Assembly: GCA_003345555.1 (NCBI GenBank)
Contig: PRDJ01000010.1
Location: 60,001-92,000 of the forward strand
DNA from: Candidatus Thorarchaeota archaeon
GTDB lineage: Archaea > Asgardarchaeota > Thorarchaeia > Thorarchaeales > Thorarchaeaceae
DNA length: 32,000 nt
Reading direction: 5' to 3'
The translations under genes and the position numbers were made by a program. Positions 1-7,922 of the stretch are shown here, piece after piece (position 1 is the first letter of the stretch; each line of letters begins with the position of its first letter). The notes beneath the pieces were generated by a model that made no database searches, was not told the DNA's origin, and was given only the letters and a program-made list of their open reading frames with translations.

Positions 1-10
1 TATAGCAAGC

Positions 11-952
11 ATGGTCAAGCAAGTAAAAGGCGCACGGCTTGAATTTGACGACGATGCGTCAGACATACCTCTTGCTGGCGGAACTCACATGGTTGTCAAG
101 GTTGATACTTTCAATAGTGGGTCAGACTGGTTACCTGGCATGACCGAGGCCCAAGCCGGAAGGAAGACTGCAGTCTTGGTAATCAGCGATCTCGTGACGA
201 AGGGTGCAACTCCAATCGCAAGCATGCTGTCACTGTGTGTCCCACCAGACCGCGATGCAGCTGGAGTCCAGGACATGATTCGGGGATTCTCCCAGTATTG
301 TGTGCAAAGCGGGGCGAGTTTCGTCGGCGGTGACATGGGTCTCTCGTGCGAGACAGTCCTTACCGGCGTAGGACTGGGCACTGCACCTAGTAATGGAATT
401 GTTCCGAGGGGCGGAACGAAGAAGGGCGACATTATCGCAGTAACCGGACTATTTGGGTTGACATCTGTCGCATTCAGAATACTGTTGGATGGTTTGGACG
501 CTCCGAATCCATTGAAGGCGATGGCTCTCGCTGCAGCTTACAAACCCGAGCTTGACCTGACGCTAGTACGGATGCTTGCGAAGGAAGGGGCAATCACTGC
601 ATCAATGGACAGTAGTGATGGCCTTGGAATCACGCTCAATACAATGGCTGCACACAGTCAGCTTTCTTTCGACATAGAGCAGCTTCCAGTTGCCCAAGGC
701 GTCTCGGAGTTTGCGGAAGCGAACAACATCGGCCTTCTCGACTTGATTATGCGCGGCGGAGAGGAATTTCGTATTGTACTTAGCTTGCCCATCGACAAAT
801 GGGACAAAGCAGTATCCATCGCGAGAAGAGCCCGCGCCGAGCTCATTCCTATCGGACACGCGCAAGATGGCAGCGGCGTGACGTGGAAGAGCCCTAAGGG
901 TCCAATAACCATCCCTATGAAGGGTTACGATGACTTCAGGGAGTGGAGCTAG
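11..952 (+). CDS. thiL: Thiamine-monophosphate kinase (true start possibly upstream of the window)
   Basis: DDA motif near the N-terminus, VISDLVTKGA (SDLAAMGA-like), GGD, SMDSSDGL and GGEEF motifs of the PurM/ThiL fold; the frame is open to the window edge. Confidence 0.88.
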   Translation: MVKQVKGARLEFDDDASDIPLAGGTHMVVKVDTFNSGSDWLPGMTEAQAGRKTAVLVISDLVTKGATPIASMLSLCVPPDRDAAGVQDMIRGFSQYCVQSGASFVGGDMGLSCETVLTGVGLGTAPSNGIVPRGGTKKGDIIAVTGLFGLTSVAFRILLDGLDAPNPLKAMALAAAYKPELDLTLVRMLAKEGAITASMDSSDGLGITLNTMAAHSQLSFDIEQLPVAQGVSEFAEANNIGLLDLIMRGGEEFRIVLSLPIDKWDKAVSIARRARAELIPIGHAQDGSGVTWKSPKGPITIPMKGYDDFREWS

Positions 953-2677
953 CTGGATCGGGTTGTCATTGTAGACGGCTATGTTGACGAGCCGACGTGC
1001 TTGGGTGTTCCTCCGTATATCAGCCCTTATCCGAGATACATAGCGGGCGCGATATGGACACACTCTCCTCAGACACAGATTCTCTACCAGACTATCGATC
1101 AGCTGCGAGAGGCAGCAGACGAGACGCGTTCAAGTTGGACTCATGCCGGAGCAGTCATGCTGATTGCAGGGATGATCGTACCGGGCAAGTACATCGGTGG
1201 AACTCCAATCTCCGTCAGGGAAGCAAGAGAGTTCTTTTCAGCACCTGAATCGGCTGGCATACCAAAGCTGTTGGTTGGCCCGTGGGCACGATTCGGTTGT
1301 GGGCTAGAGGGCGGAAGGTTTGCACTGGGTTCAGATGTCTTATCTCCACCATTCGATTACATTGTCCGAGGAGACGCCGAGATCGTAATTGGCAGAGCGG
1401 CGGAAGACGGGTGGGACTTTTCGGCTGTTGATCTTGATGAAACTAGAGGCAGTCCTCAGGACATCAGTGAATACGCTGTCAGAGGTAGCGCGATCGTAGA
1501 GCAGCATCCCGGCCATTCGATGGGCTATCTCATCTGTGAAATCGAGACTTACAGGGGATGTCCTCGATATGTATCAGGTGGGTGTTCCTTCTGTATTGAA
1601 CCCCTCTATGGGCTACCAGCACAACGTGAGCCAGAAGACATTATCAGGGAGATTGAGTCGCTATACAATCACGGCGTTAGAGCATTTCGGATTGGGAGGC
1701 AGGCGGATTTATTCACTTATGGTTCAACAGAGATGGGCGAGACTGAGTTTCCTACTCCTTCTCCTAGAATTATCGAGTCTCTGTTTTCCGGAATACGTAC
1801 AGTTGCACCGAAGCTGCAAGTTCTGCATATCGACAACGTGAACCCGGGAACGATTGCGGCACACCCCGAGGAGAGTAAGGCGGTTGCCCGCATTATCATG
1901 AAGTATCACACAGTCGGAGATGTGGCCGCGTTTGGTGTTGAATCGCTCGATCCTGAGGTGAAGAAACGGAACAACCTGAAGGTCACTCAGGAGGAGGCCG
2001 TGACAGCGATAAGGATTCTGAATGAAGTGGGCGGGCAGAGACCAGATTGGGAGCTTCCGCATCTCCTTCCCGGAATAAACCTACTGTATGGTCTGCCGGG
2101 CGAGAGCAAACGGACATTGGAGTACAATATGGAGTTCTTGCGGGAGCTGGTTACAGAGGGGCTTCTCGTGCGAAGAATCAACATCAGGCAAGTAATCAGG
2201 TTCCCCGGCACCCCAATCTCACGAGGTGAAAAGGGGCGGTTAAGACACAGTGAGTTCATACGACACAAGAGGGAGATCAGAGAGCAAATCGACCAGGTGA
2301 TGATTGCAAGAGTAGCACCCCTCGGCACAATCATCCGTTCTGTATATCCGGAACAACGTGAAGGGAACGTTCAACTGCTCAGGCCCCTAGGTACATATCC
2401 CCTGCTTTGTCACATGCCAATGGGACAGGAAGTATCTGAAGCGGCAGATGTGTTTGTCGTCGACCATGGGCCAAGATCCGTCACTGTTCTCCCCTTTCCC
2501 TTCCTACCCAATCGTGCTAGCATGGCTCAATGGAAGGTGGTGCCGGGAATTGGAGACAAGAGGGCTGCAAGCATGAAGAGCAGTGGGCCATGGCATGACT
2601 CACAGCATATGGAAGAGCGTCTTTCGATGGAACTGCCAAGCTGGTTCAAGAGGTGCCTGTCCTTTGAACCGGGTTGA
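953..2677 (+). CDS. Radical SAM protein, archaeal COG1031-like (C-terminal TRAM-like and HhH regions); probable CTG start at 953
   Basis: The frame extends upstream of the ORF-track start to give DGYVDEPTCLGVPPYISPY, the family N-terminal signature; also RGCPRYVSGGCSFC, YGLPGES and VPGIGDKRA (HhH). Confidence 0.8.
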   Translation: MDRVVIVDGYVDEPTCLGVPPYISPYPRYIAGAIWTHSPQTQILYQTIDQLREAADETRSSWTHAGAVMLIAGMIVPGKYIGGTPISVREAREFFSAPESAGIPKLLVGPWARFGCGLEGGRFALGSDVLSPPFDYIVRGDAEIVIGRAAEDGWDFSAVDLDETRGSPQDISEYAVRGSAIVEQHPGHSMGYLICEIETYRGCPRYVSGGCSFCIEPLYGLPAQREPEDIIREIESLYNHGVRAFRIGRQADLFTYGSTEMGETEFPTPSPRIIESLFSGIRTVAPKLQVLHIDNVNPGTIAAHPEESKAVARIIMKYHTVGDVAAFGVESLDPEVKKRNNLKVTQEEAVTAIRILNEVGGQRPDWELPHLLPGINLLYGLPGESKRTLEYNMEFLRELVTEGLLVRRINIRQVIRFPGTPISRGEKGRLRHSEFIRHKREIREQIDQVMIARVAPLGTIIRSVYPEQREGNVQLLRPLGTYPLLCHMPMGQEVSEAADVFVVDHGPRSVTVLPFPFLPNRASMAQWKVVPGIGDKRAASMKSSGPWHDSQHMEERLSMELPSWFKRCLSFEPG

Positions 2678-2719
2678 GGTGACAGCGTAACTTGGGACGG
2701 AATGAACGAGAATGAGTTG

Positions 2720-2829
2720 TGGCGGGCCCGGCGAGATTTGAACTCGCGACTTCTAGCTATCCGACAAGGCCTGCCTGAAGACATGGCCTATAGAGGGCTA
2801 GCGCCCTGTCCTGGCTGGGCAACGGGCCC
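2720..2829 (-). tRNA. tRNA-Arg(TCT) with 32-nt intron at 37/38 (2759-2790), encoded CCA
   Basis: Cloverleaf: acceptor GGGCCCG/CGGGCCC, D stem GCCC/GGGC, anticodon stem CTAGC/GCTAG, T arm GCGAG TTCAAAT CTCGC; anticodon loop CC-TCT-A[intron]A. Confidence 0.88.
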
Positions 2830-2963
2830 ACGACCGGTCTCTGTTCGCCGAGACAGATTCAGACTTCTCCCGATGGGCATTTCTTATAGACACTTCGGTG
2901 CACAACAGCCCTTTGCCTCTTCAAGGGCGTGTCCGTTTCGGGTCAGGTTGCCGCTCATGCGTT

Positions 2964-3215
2964 CTAGCCCAGAACGAATTCTGGAGGATACATGACAAAG
3001 TACTGTACGACGACAGCTAACAGCACTCCACTGAGTACTAGCGCCTTTCCCTTGGATTGATTCACATCAGTGAACCAGAGTATCGCCCCTGCAAGGACCA
3101 CGATTACCGATGAAACCGAACCCACGAAAACAAGGAAGCCCCAGACATCTGCCAAGTAACTTGCGATAATGCCTATGAAATCTGTCAATGGGCTTAGAAC
3201 CCGGAATAGCAGCAT
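2964..3215 (-). CDS. Small two-TM membrane protein (83 aa), possibly VirB2/TrbC pilin-like
   Basis: ATG at 3215; two hydrophobic helices joined by a short NQSKGK loop; fits between tRNA-Arg and the deacetylase gene. Confidence 0.65.
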   Translation of the reverse strand: MLLFRVLSPLTDFIGIIASYLADVWGFLVFVGSVSSVIVVLAGAILWFTDVNQSKGKALVLSGVLLAVVVQYFVMYPPEFVLG

Positions 3216-3328
3216 GTCGTCATCCGAAGACAAGTGTGTGTGAATCCGATATAAACTCCTGAAGACTGCAATGACTAGTTCCAACAATCACAGCTTGGCC
3301 CGTACGCATTTCATGCCATATAGACTGC

Positions 3329-4111
3329 TCACTTTCCCTGCATTCCCTCGCAGAAGGCGAGAATGTTCCTTCCGAGGTCTTCATGGTTATATCCTCCCTC
3401 CAAGAGGCCGAAGCGTCGTCCGCCACACCGCTGTTGGGCGAACTCGAAGACTAGGCGCCCTATTCTTCTGAAGGCATCAGTTGACAGATTGTGACCCCAG
3501 CAGTGTTCATACTCGTCGAAGCCTGCGGAAGCAGCGATTATGTCGACGTCTGGGCTGTTGTCAAGAGCAAGTTTGACATCAGAGAGATAGTTGTCATCAC
3601 CATGCCCCTCTGGGTTATGAATTATCACTCTCCTGTCTCCACCGAGGATGTTGACTGTTCCGTCTCCAAAGTGCAGGTCGAAGTCAAGAATGAACGCAGA
3701 GCTGATCAGACCGTGAGACAGGAGATGCAAGACAGCGATGGCAATGTTGTTGAAATAACAGAAGCCCCAATAGCTGTTGCGTGAAGCATGATGGCCGGGC
3801 GGTCGGATTAGGCCGAATGCCGGTTGTCCCTTGACTGCTATGTCTGCAGTCAAGATGGCCCCGCCTGCGGCAAGGGCCGCCATCTTGTAAGGCTGTCCAC
3901 TATGAGACGCGTCATCTTCTCCTTTGACACGATTGAGAACAGGCAGTGAATGTGCCTGAAGTATATCATTCTCTGAAGCAGGTTCCGGAGTTGTTAGTTG
4001 ATAGCCGCGATGATTACGAAAAACGTTGATAGCAGAGTCTAGTCTTCCCGGGGCACCCGCAGGGGTATTATCATAGGATTCTCTCATGAGTGGGTGAAAT
4101 ACGATTTTCAA
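3329..4111 (-). CDS. Histone deacetylase family (Zn-dependent, class II-like) protein; probable TTG start at 4111
   Basis: RPPGHHA, GFCYFNNIA, DFDLHFGDGT, SAGFD and LEGGY motifs. Confidence 0.92.
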   Translation of the reverse strand: MKIVFHPLMRESYDNTPAGAPGRLDSAINVFRNHRGYQLTTPEPASENDILQAHSLPVLNRVKGEDDASHSGQPYKMAALAAGGAILTADIAVKGQPAFGLIRPPGHHASRNSYWGFCYFNNIAIAVLHLLSHGLISSAFILDFDLHFGDGTVNILGGDRRVIIHNPEGHGDDNYLSDVKLALDNSPDVDIIAASAGFDEYEHCWGHNLSTDAFRRIGRLVFEFAQQRCGGRRFGLLEGGYNHEDLGRNILAFCEGMQGK

Positions 4112-4214
4112 AGCACCACATCTCGTGCATATGCAACTTGAACGTTCGACAAGCTCCTTGTTCGAGACGATTACCAATTGAGAAATCGGAGCTTGCAGAT
4201 AAAAGATAGCATCA

Positions 4215-4241
4215 GACAGACAGGCTCACGACCTGTCTGTC
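4215..4241 (-). terminator. Perfect 10-bp hairpin downstream of rpl12 (terminator or processing stem)
   Basis: GACAGACAGG-ctcacga-CCTGTCTGTC, 45 nt after the rpl12 stop; followed on the minus strand by a T-rich stretch. Confidence 0.5.
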
Positions 4242-4285
4242 CCTAGTGACTCTAGAGAAAAAGAGTGGGGAGCAAGGAGGTTTTT

Positions 4286-4588
4286 CTAACCAAACAGACT
4301 TCCAAGACCTGCAGTGAACTCTTCTTCTTTCTTTTCTTCTTTCTCTTCTTTCTTCTCTCCGGCTGCAGGTTTTCCGGCTGCTGCTGGTGGAGCAGCGGGG
4401 GCTGCGACAGCCACGGTGGCACTCTTGAGGGCTTCGTCGATGTCTACGCCCTCAAGTGCTGCGAGCAGAGCCTTCACTCTGGACTTGTCAGTCTTCACAC
4501 CTGCCGCTGTAAGAACGGCATCCATGTTCTTCTCATTGATTGGCTGACCTGCTTTGTGGAGAAGAAGTGCTGAGTATACGTACTCCAT
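4286..4588 (-). CDS. rpl12: 50S ribosomal stalk protein L12 (aP1/P1-P2 type)
   Basis: [11 protein letters not shown] start, Ala/Pro hinge, acidic tail ending GLGSLFG. Confidence 0.97.
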   Translation of the reverse strand: MEYVYSALLLHKAGQPINEKNMDAVLTAAGVKTDKSRVKALLAALEGVDIDEALKSATVAVAAPAAPPAAAGKPAAGEKKEEKEEKKEEEFTAGLGSLFG

Positions 4589-4599
4589 ATTTCATTACC

Positions 4600-5502
4600 T
4601 CACTTGTTAGCTTTCTCTAGCATGTCAGAGGGTACCGCATCCGGGCTCTTACTAGAGAGCACCGAAGCAAGTGCGAGTGCCTCCGAGTTGGCCTTAGCCA
4701 AGAACTGGGGAAGTAAGTCTGGGACAAAGTAGCCGATCTTCATTGCCAGATTCTTGGCTTCGAGATTCGCTTTTCCTAGCATGATTGTAATAGTCTCTGC
4801 GGTCGGATACTCGATGTTGACCGAGAGATTCATCGCATATTGGTGGGCCAGAATGACCTCCTTCAGTAGACCCTCAAGGTTTACTTCAAAGGCTTGGGCC
4901 GTGATGACAGATCCATCTGTGAATGCCGCGGCGAGCCTAAGCCGTAGTTCCATAGGCTCAATTCCAAGTCGGCTCAGTACCAAGGCCATTGCACTCGATA
5001 CTGTCTCACCTTTCTTGACCACCACAGTGTCGTCAGTGATGTGTATGACTCCGGTCTTGACACGAGCCGGAATCTTGAGTGCTGCAAGCTCACTGATGAA
5101 TGGACCCGGTGCAACACCAGTATTCATTGCAGGAACCTTGATGTCGTTCGTGGCAACTTGGCCTACTTTGGCTGGTGCCTTTGACTTACTCTCACTAAGG
5201 AACTTGCTGAGCGTAAATGGGTCCTTATCGCTGAAAATGAACGCAACAGCTCCCTTCACATGATCGGCAAGAGCCTCGAGTCCCTTAGTCTTGCTTTCCT
5301 TGATGGCTCGAATCATGAGTGTATTCCGTGCCATTTTCAAGGTTGCTGAGCCGCGCAAGCTATCTCTGATTGTTTGAAGCTGTTTTGCGCCGATTCCTGC
5401 CACAATGACGAGGCCCACCATCTTGCTCTTCTTAATCATCGAGACCAGCTGGGTGACCTCATCTTTCTTCCATTGTGGTACGACGTGTTCATATCCTGCC
5501 AT
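4600..5502 (-). CDS. rpl10: 50S ribosomal protein L10 (uL10/P0), without the usual C-terminal acidic tail
   Basis: PQWKKDEV, ARNTL, PAKVGQVA..DI, TGVAPGP motifs; position between rpl1 and rpl12. Confidence 0.95.
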   Translation of the reverse strand: MAGYEHVVPQWKKDEVTQLVSMIKKSKMVGLVIVAGIGAKQLQTIRDSLRGSATLKMARNTLMIRAIKESKTKGLEALADHVKGAVAFIFSDKDPFTLSKFLSESKSKAPAKVGQVATNDIKVPAMNTGVAPGPFISELAALKIPARVKTGVIHITDDTVVVKKGETVSSAMALVLSRLGIEPMELRLRLAAAFTDGSVITAQAFEVNLEGLLKEVILAHQYAMNLSVNIEYPTAETITIMLGKANLEAKNLAMKIGYFVPDLLPQFLAKANSEALALASVLSSKSPDAVPSDMLEKANK

Positions 5503-5514
5503 CAATACTCACCT

Positions 5515-6171
5515 CTAGACAGATATCCGGATAGGCGGGCCCATCGTTGTCTTGACTTTCACACTACTAATCTTGGACGCGTGACCCTTGCTCTCAACAA
5601 AGCGGAGCACTGCCAATATGTTGTCAGCTATCTCCTTGTCACTCATCTTCATATGACCGACCTTAACGTGGAATGTCGGGATGTTTCTCATCCGTATTCG
5701 CACTGTTCGACGGTACTGCCCTATTATGCCCTTCAAGTCTGCTTGTGGAGGGAAAGGTCGGGGCATCTTGCCTCTTGTACCGAGTGCTTGCCCGAGGTAC
5801 CGACCGACGAGGGGCATGGTATCAGTCGATGCAACGAAGAAATCGTAGTTCTTGGCCAACGTTCTGCGCGTCTTCTTGTCCTCGCCCATCTTTGCGATTT
5901 CCTCCTTTGACACAATGTGCTCAGCGCCTGCGGCTGTCGCTTTCTCTGCGAACTCTCCGTCACCAAAAGCACATACTTTCGCAGGGGGATACAGGGCGTT
6001 AGGGATAATCAATTCCTGATTGAGCCTATTCTCGGATTTCGACACGTCCAACTCCTTTCTCCTGAAGTTGACCGCGACGTCGAAGCTCTGTTCGAACTTG
6101 ATACCTCTCTCTGTCCCCTTCGCTCTCGCCTCGGACACAGCTGTTTGGATACTCTCAAGGTTGAACGACAT
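5515..6171 (-). CDS. rpl1: 50S ribosomal protein L1 (uL1)
   Basis: KFEQSFDVAVNF, GRYLGQALGTRGKMP and VKTTMGPP motifs. Confidence 0.96.
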   Translation of the reverse strand: MSFNLESIQTAVSEARAKGTERGIKFEQSFDVAVNFRRKELDVSKSENRLNQELIIPNALYPPAKVCAFGDGEFAEKATAAGAEHIVSKEEIAKMGEDKKTRRTLAKNYDFFVASTDTMPLVGRYLGQALGTRGKMPRPFPPQADLKGIIGQYRRTVRIRMRNIPTFHVKVGHMKMSDKEIADNILAVLRFVESKGHASKISSVKVKTTMGPPIRISV

Positions 6172-6174
6172 TCT

Positions 6175-6681
6175 CTACTTCTTCCCCCTAAGAGGCTCGT
6201 TGAGCTGCTGGTCCCACTTTCCTTCCTTGATTTCCTGCTGGAACTCCTTTGCAGGCTTTCCCTCAATTGTGACGCCCACTGAGACGCAAGTACCAGCGAT
6301 TATCAATGCAGCTGACTTCATTGTGAGAGCTGTAAGATCTCCTGCCTTTGCTTTTGCAATCGACTTCAGCTGATCTATTGTGATATTTCCAATAGTCTGT
6401 GTTTTCGGAGTCGCGGATCCCTTGGGGGCACCAATCTCCTTCAGAATCAAGGCACTCGTAGGTGGAATCCCGACTTCAATCTCGAATGTTTTCTTGATAG
6501 TGTCCACGATGATTGTTACTGGCACTTTCAGACCTGCGAAGGGCTGTGTGACTTCGTTAATCTTCTGCACGACTTGGAAGACATTGACTCCGGTCGGTCC
6601 CAAGGCTGGTCCAATCGGAGGTCCTCCTGAAGCCTTACCTCCCTCAACCATCGCAGAGACTCTAGTCTTCTGTTCACTCAA
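6175..6681 (-). CDS. rpl11: 50S ribosomal protein L11 (uL11); TTG start at 6681
   Basis: GGKASGGPPIGPALGP, PPTSALI and GTCVSVGV motifs; GGAG ribosome-binding site upstream. Confidence 0.96.
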   Translation of the reverse strand: MSEQKTRVSAMVEGGKASGGPPIGPALGPTGVNVFQVVQKINEVTQPFAGLKVPVTIIVDTIKKTFEIEVGIPPTSALILKEIGAPKGSATPKTQTIGNITIDQLKSIAKAKAGDLTALTMKSAALIIAGTCVSVGVTIEGKPAKEFQQEIKEGKWDQQLNEPLRGKK

Positions 6682-6840
6682 ACAAATCACGACTCCTGAT
6701 GCAGTATATTCGGTCCATCGAAATGTAACCGTTAGGGTCGACCGCTTGGAGACAAGAAGTGATACGTCCAAGTCGGTCTACTGCATTACCAGTCATTCAT
6801 CTTCACCCCTGGCACGGCGTCATTGCGCCTGTGTCTGATT
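6682..6840 (-). promoter_or_regulatory. Structured 5' leader of the rpl11-rpl1-rpl10-rpl12 operon
   Basis: Nested inverted repeats ATGCAGTA/TACTGCAT (6699-6706/6779-6786) and GACCGCTTGGA/TCCAAG-T-CGGTC (6740-6750/6767-6778). Confidence 0.55.
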
Positions 6841-6869
6841 AAGGAGCAGCGATTCCCAGCCGAGGTCGG

Positions 6870-6877
6870 TTTTTAAG
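6870..6877 (-). promoter_or_regulatory. TATA box for the rpl11 operon
   Basis: CTTAAAAA on the minus strand in the spt5-rpl11 intergenic region. Confidence 0.5.
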
Positions 6878-6935
6878 CATTCCGAAGGGGCCTACACAGT
6901 TTCTATGCCCGCTCGCGGCAAAGAGCGAAAGGGCG

Positions 6936-7601
6936 TCAATGCGACCAGAACGAGTCTTCTTCCTCTTCTGGACGAGGCGCCTCGCCTTTCTCTCCTGGTA
7001 CTACCTCTTCAACAGCCTTTCCCTTCTCGACGATCTTGGCAAAGTCTGCATGGACTCGCAAGGGAATCGTGTGTGGGCTTTCAAGTAGCTCCAGTATAAG
7101 TTCCTCTTTGGATGTATCAACCCTTGAGACCTTTGCTCTCTCACCCTTGAAGGGTCCGGATATGATTTCGACCACATCTCCAATCGATATACCCTCGGCA
7201 GCTGGCGGGGGCGCGAGGAACTTATCGATTTCATCTAAGCTGACCTTTCCTCCGACTCGTCCTCGGACATGAGGTACACCAGATATCGCTATTTCAACAT
7301 CCCTGAACTCCATTGTCTCAAGGAAAACATATCCACGTAGAGTCTCTGGAACAAGTATTGCCATGACTCTGCCGAGCAACTGGTTCTTGGACACTAGCCT
7401 TGGCTCACCCTTCTTCTTGCCGGCCTTGCTGCAACTCTCCATATGCTTGGTAGTGCTTTTCTCTGAAGAAAACTGCTCACCGCAATATGGGCACTCCCAT
7501 AAATCAGTCTCTCCTGTCACGGCAGTCGTAATCAGATCTGCAACAGACCTCTCTTGACTGATGGTTGTCCTTATGGCGTAGATGCTTGTCTTCGACTGCA
7601 A
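6936..7601 (-). CDS. spt5: Transcription elongation factor Spt5 (NGN + KOW) with inserted C2HC zinc finger
   Basis: IYAIRTT..QE, LRGYVFLE, KOW motif GDVVEIISGPFKGERAKV; syntenic between secE and rpl11. Confidence 0.93.
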   Translation of the reverse strand: MQSKTSIYAIRTTISQERSVADLITTAVTGETDLWECPYCGEQFSSEKSTTKHMESCSKAGKKKGEPRLVSKNQLLGRVMAILVPETLRGYVFLETMEFRDVEIAISGVPHVRGRVGGKVSLDEIDKFLAPPPAAEGISIGDVVEIISGPFKGERAKVSRVDTSKEELILELLESPHTIPLRVHADFAKIVEKGKAVEEVVPGEKGEAPRPEEEEDSFWSH

Positions 7602-7638
7602 ATCAGGCCCTCCTTCAAGGTCCTTTGTCTGCCCGTCT

Positions 7639-7821
7639 CTAGGCTCTTCCCCACAGGCTGGTCAGTGCGGTCATCAGCAACTGGACTATGAAGCTGAGCA
7701 TCCCAACAAGGAACATTGCTAGGAGGCTAATCTTCGTGCTTGACCAGAACTCCTGACGCGATGGCTTTGTGGCAAGCTTCAGGATTCGCGCGCTTTCTCT
7801 GATGAAATTACCGAGGCCCAT
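7639..7821 (-). CDS. secE: Protein translocase subunit SecE/Sec61 gamma
   Basis: RILKLATKPSRQEF motif followed by one TM helix; synteny. Confidence 0.93.
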   Translation of the reverse strand: MGLGNFIRESARILKLATKPSRQEFWSSTKISLLAMFLVGMLSFIVQLLMTALTSLWGRA

Positions 7822-7922
7822 TGGTGCGGCACATTCCTGCTCGATTCATGTCCGGGATTACCGGAAACAGAACCAACCACCCGTGGTGCACTTTTAACCC
7901 TTGCTGACAGACCAAGACCTTG

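Noticed and set aside
2702-2995. 97-aa plus-strand ORF, and similarly 24458-24643 and the 20113 start of the acyltransferase
   Set aside because: They overlap tRNA genes and are translations of tRNA sequence
6111-6140. Putative uL1 autoregulatory site in the start of rpl1 (TGTCC-GAG-GC-GAGA-GC-GAAG-GGACA)
   Set aside because: It is at the position used in Methanococcales, but the pairing does not match the known L1-site geometry well enough to call by eye
6906-6935. Hairpin GCCC-GCTC..GAGC-GAAA-GGGC after spt5 as a SECIS element
   Set aside because: No in-frame TGA or selenoprotein candidate nearby, and the GAAA lies on the non-coding strand; most likely a terminator or stability stem
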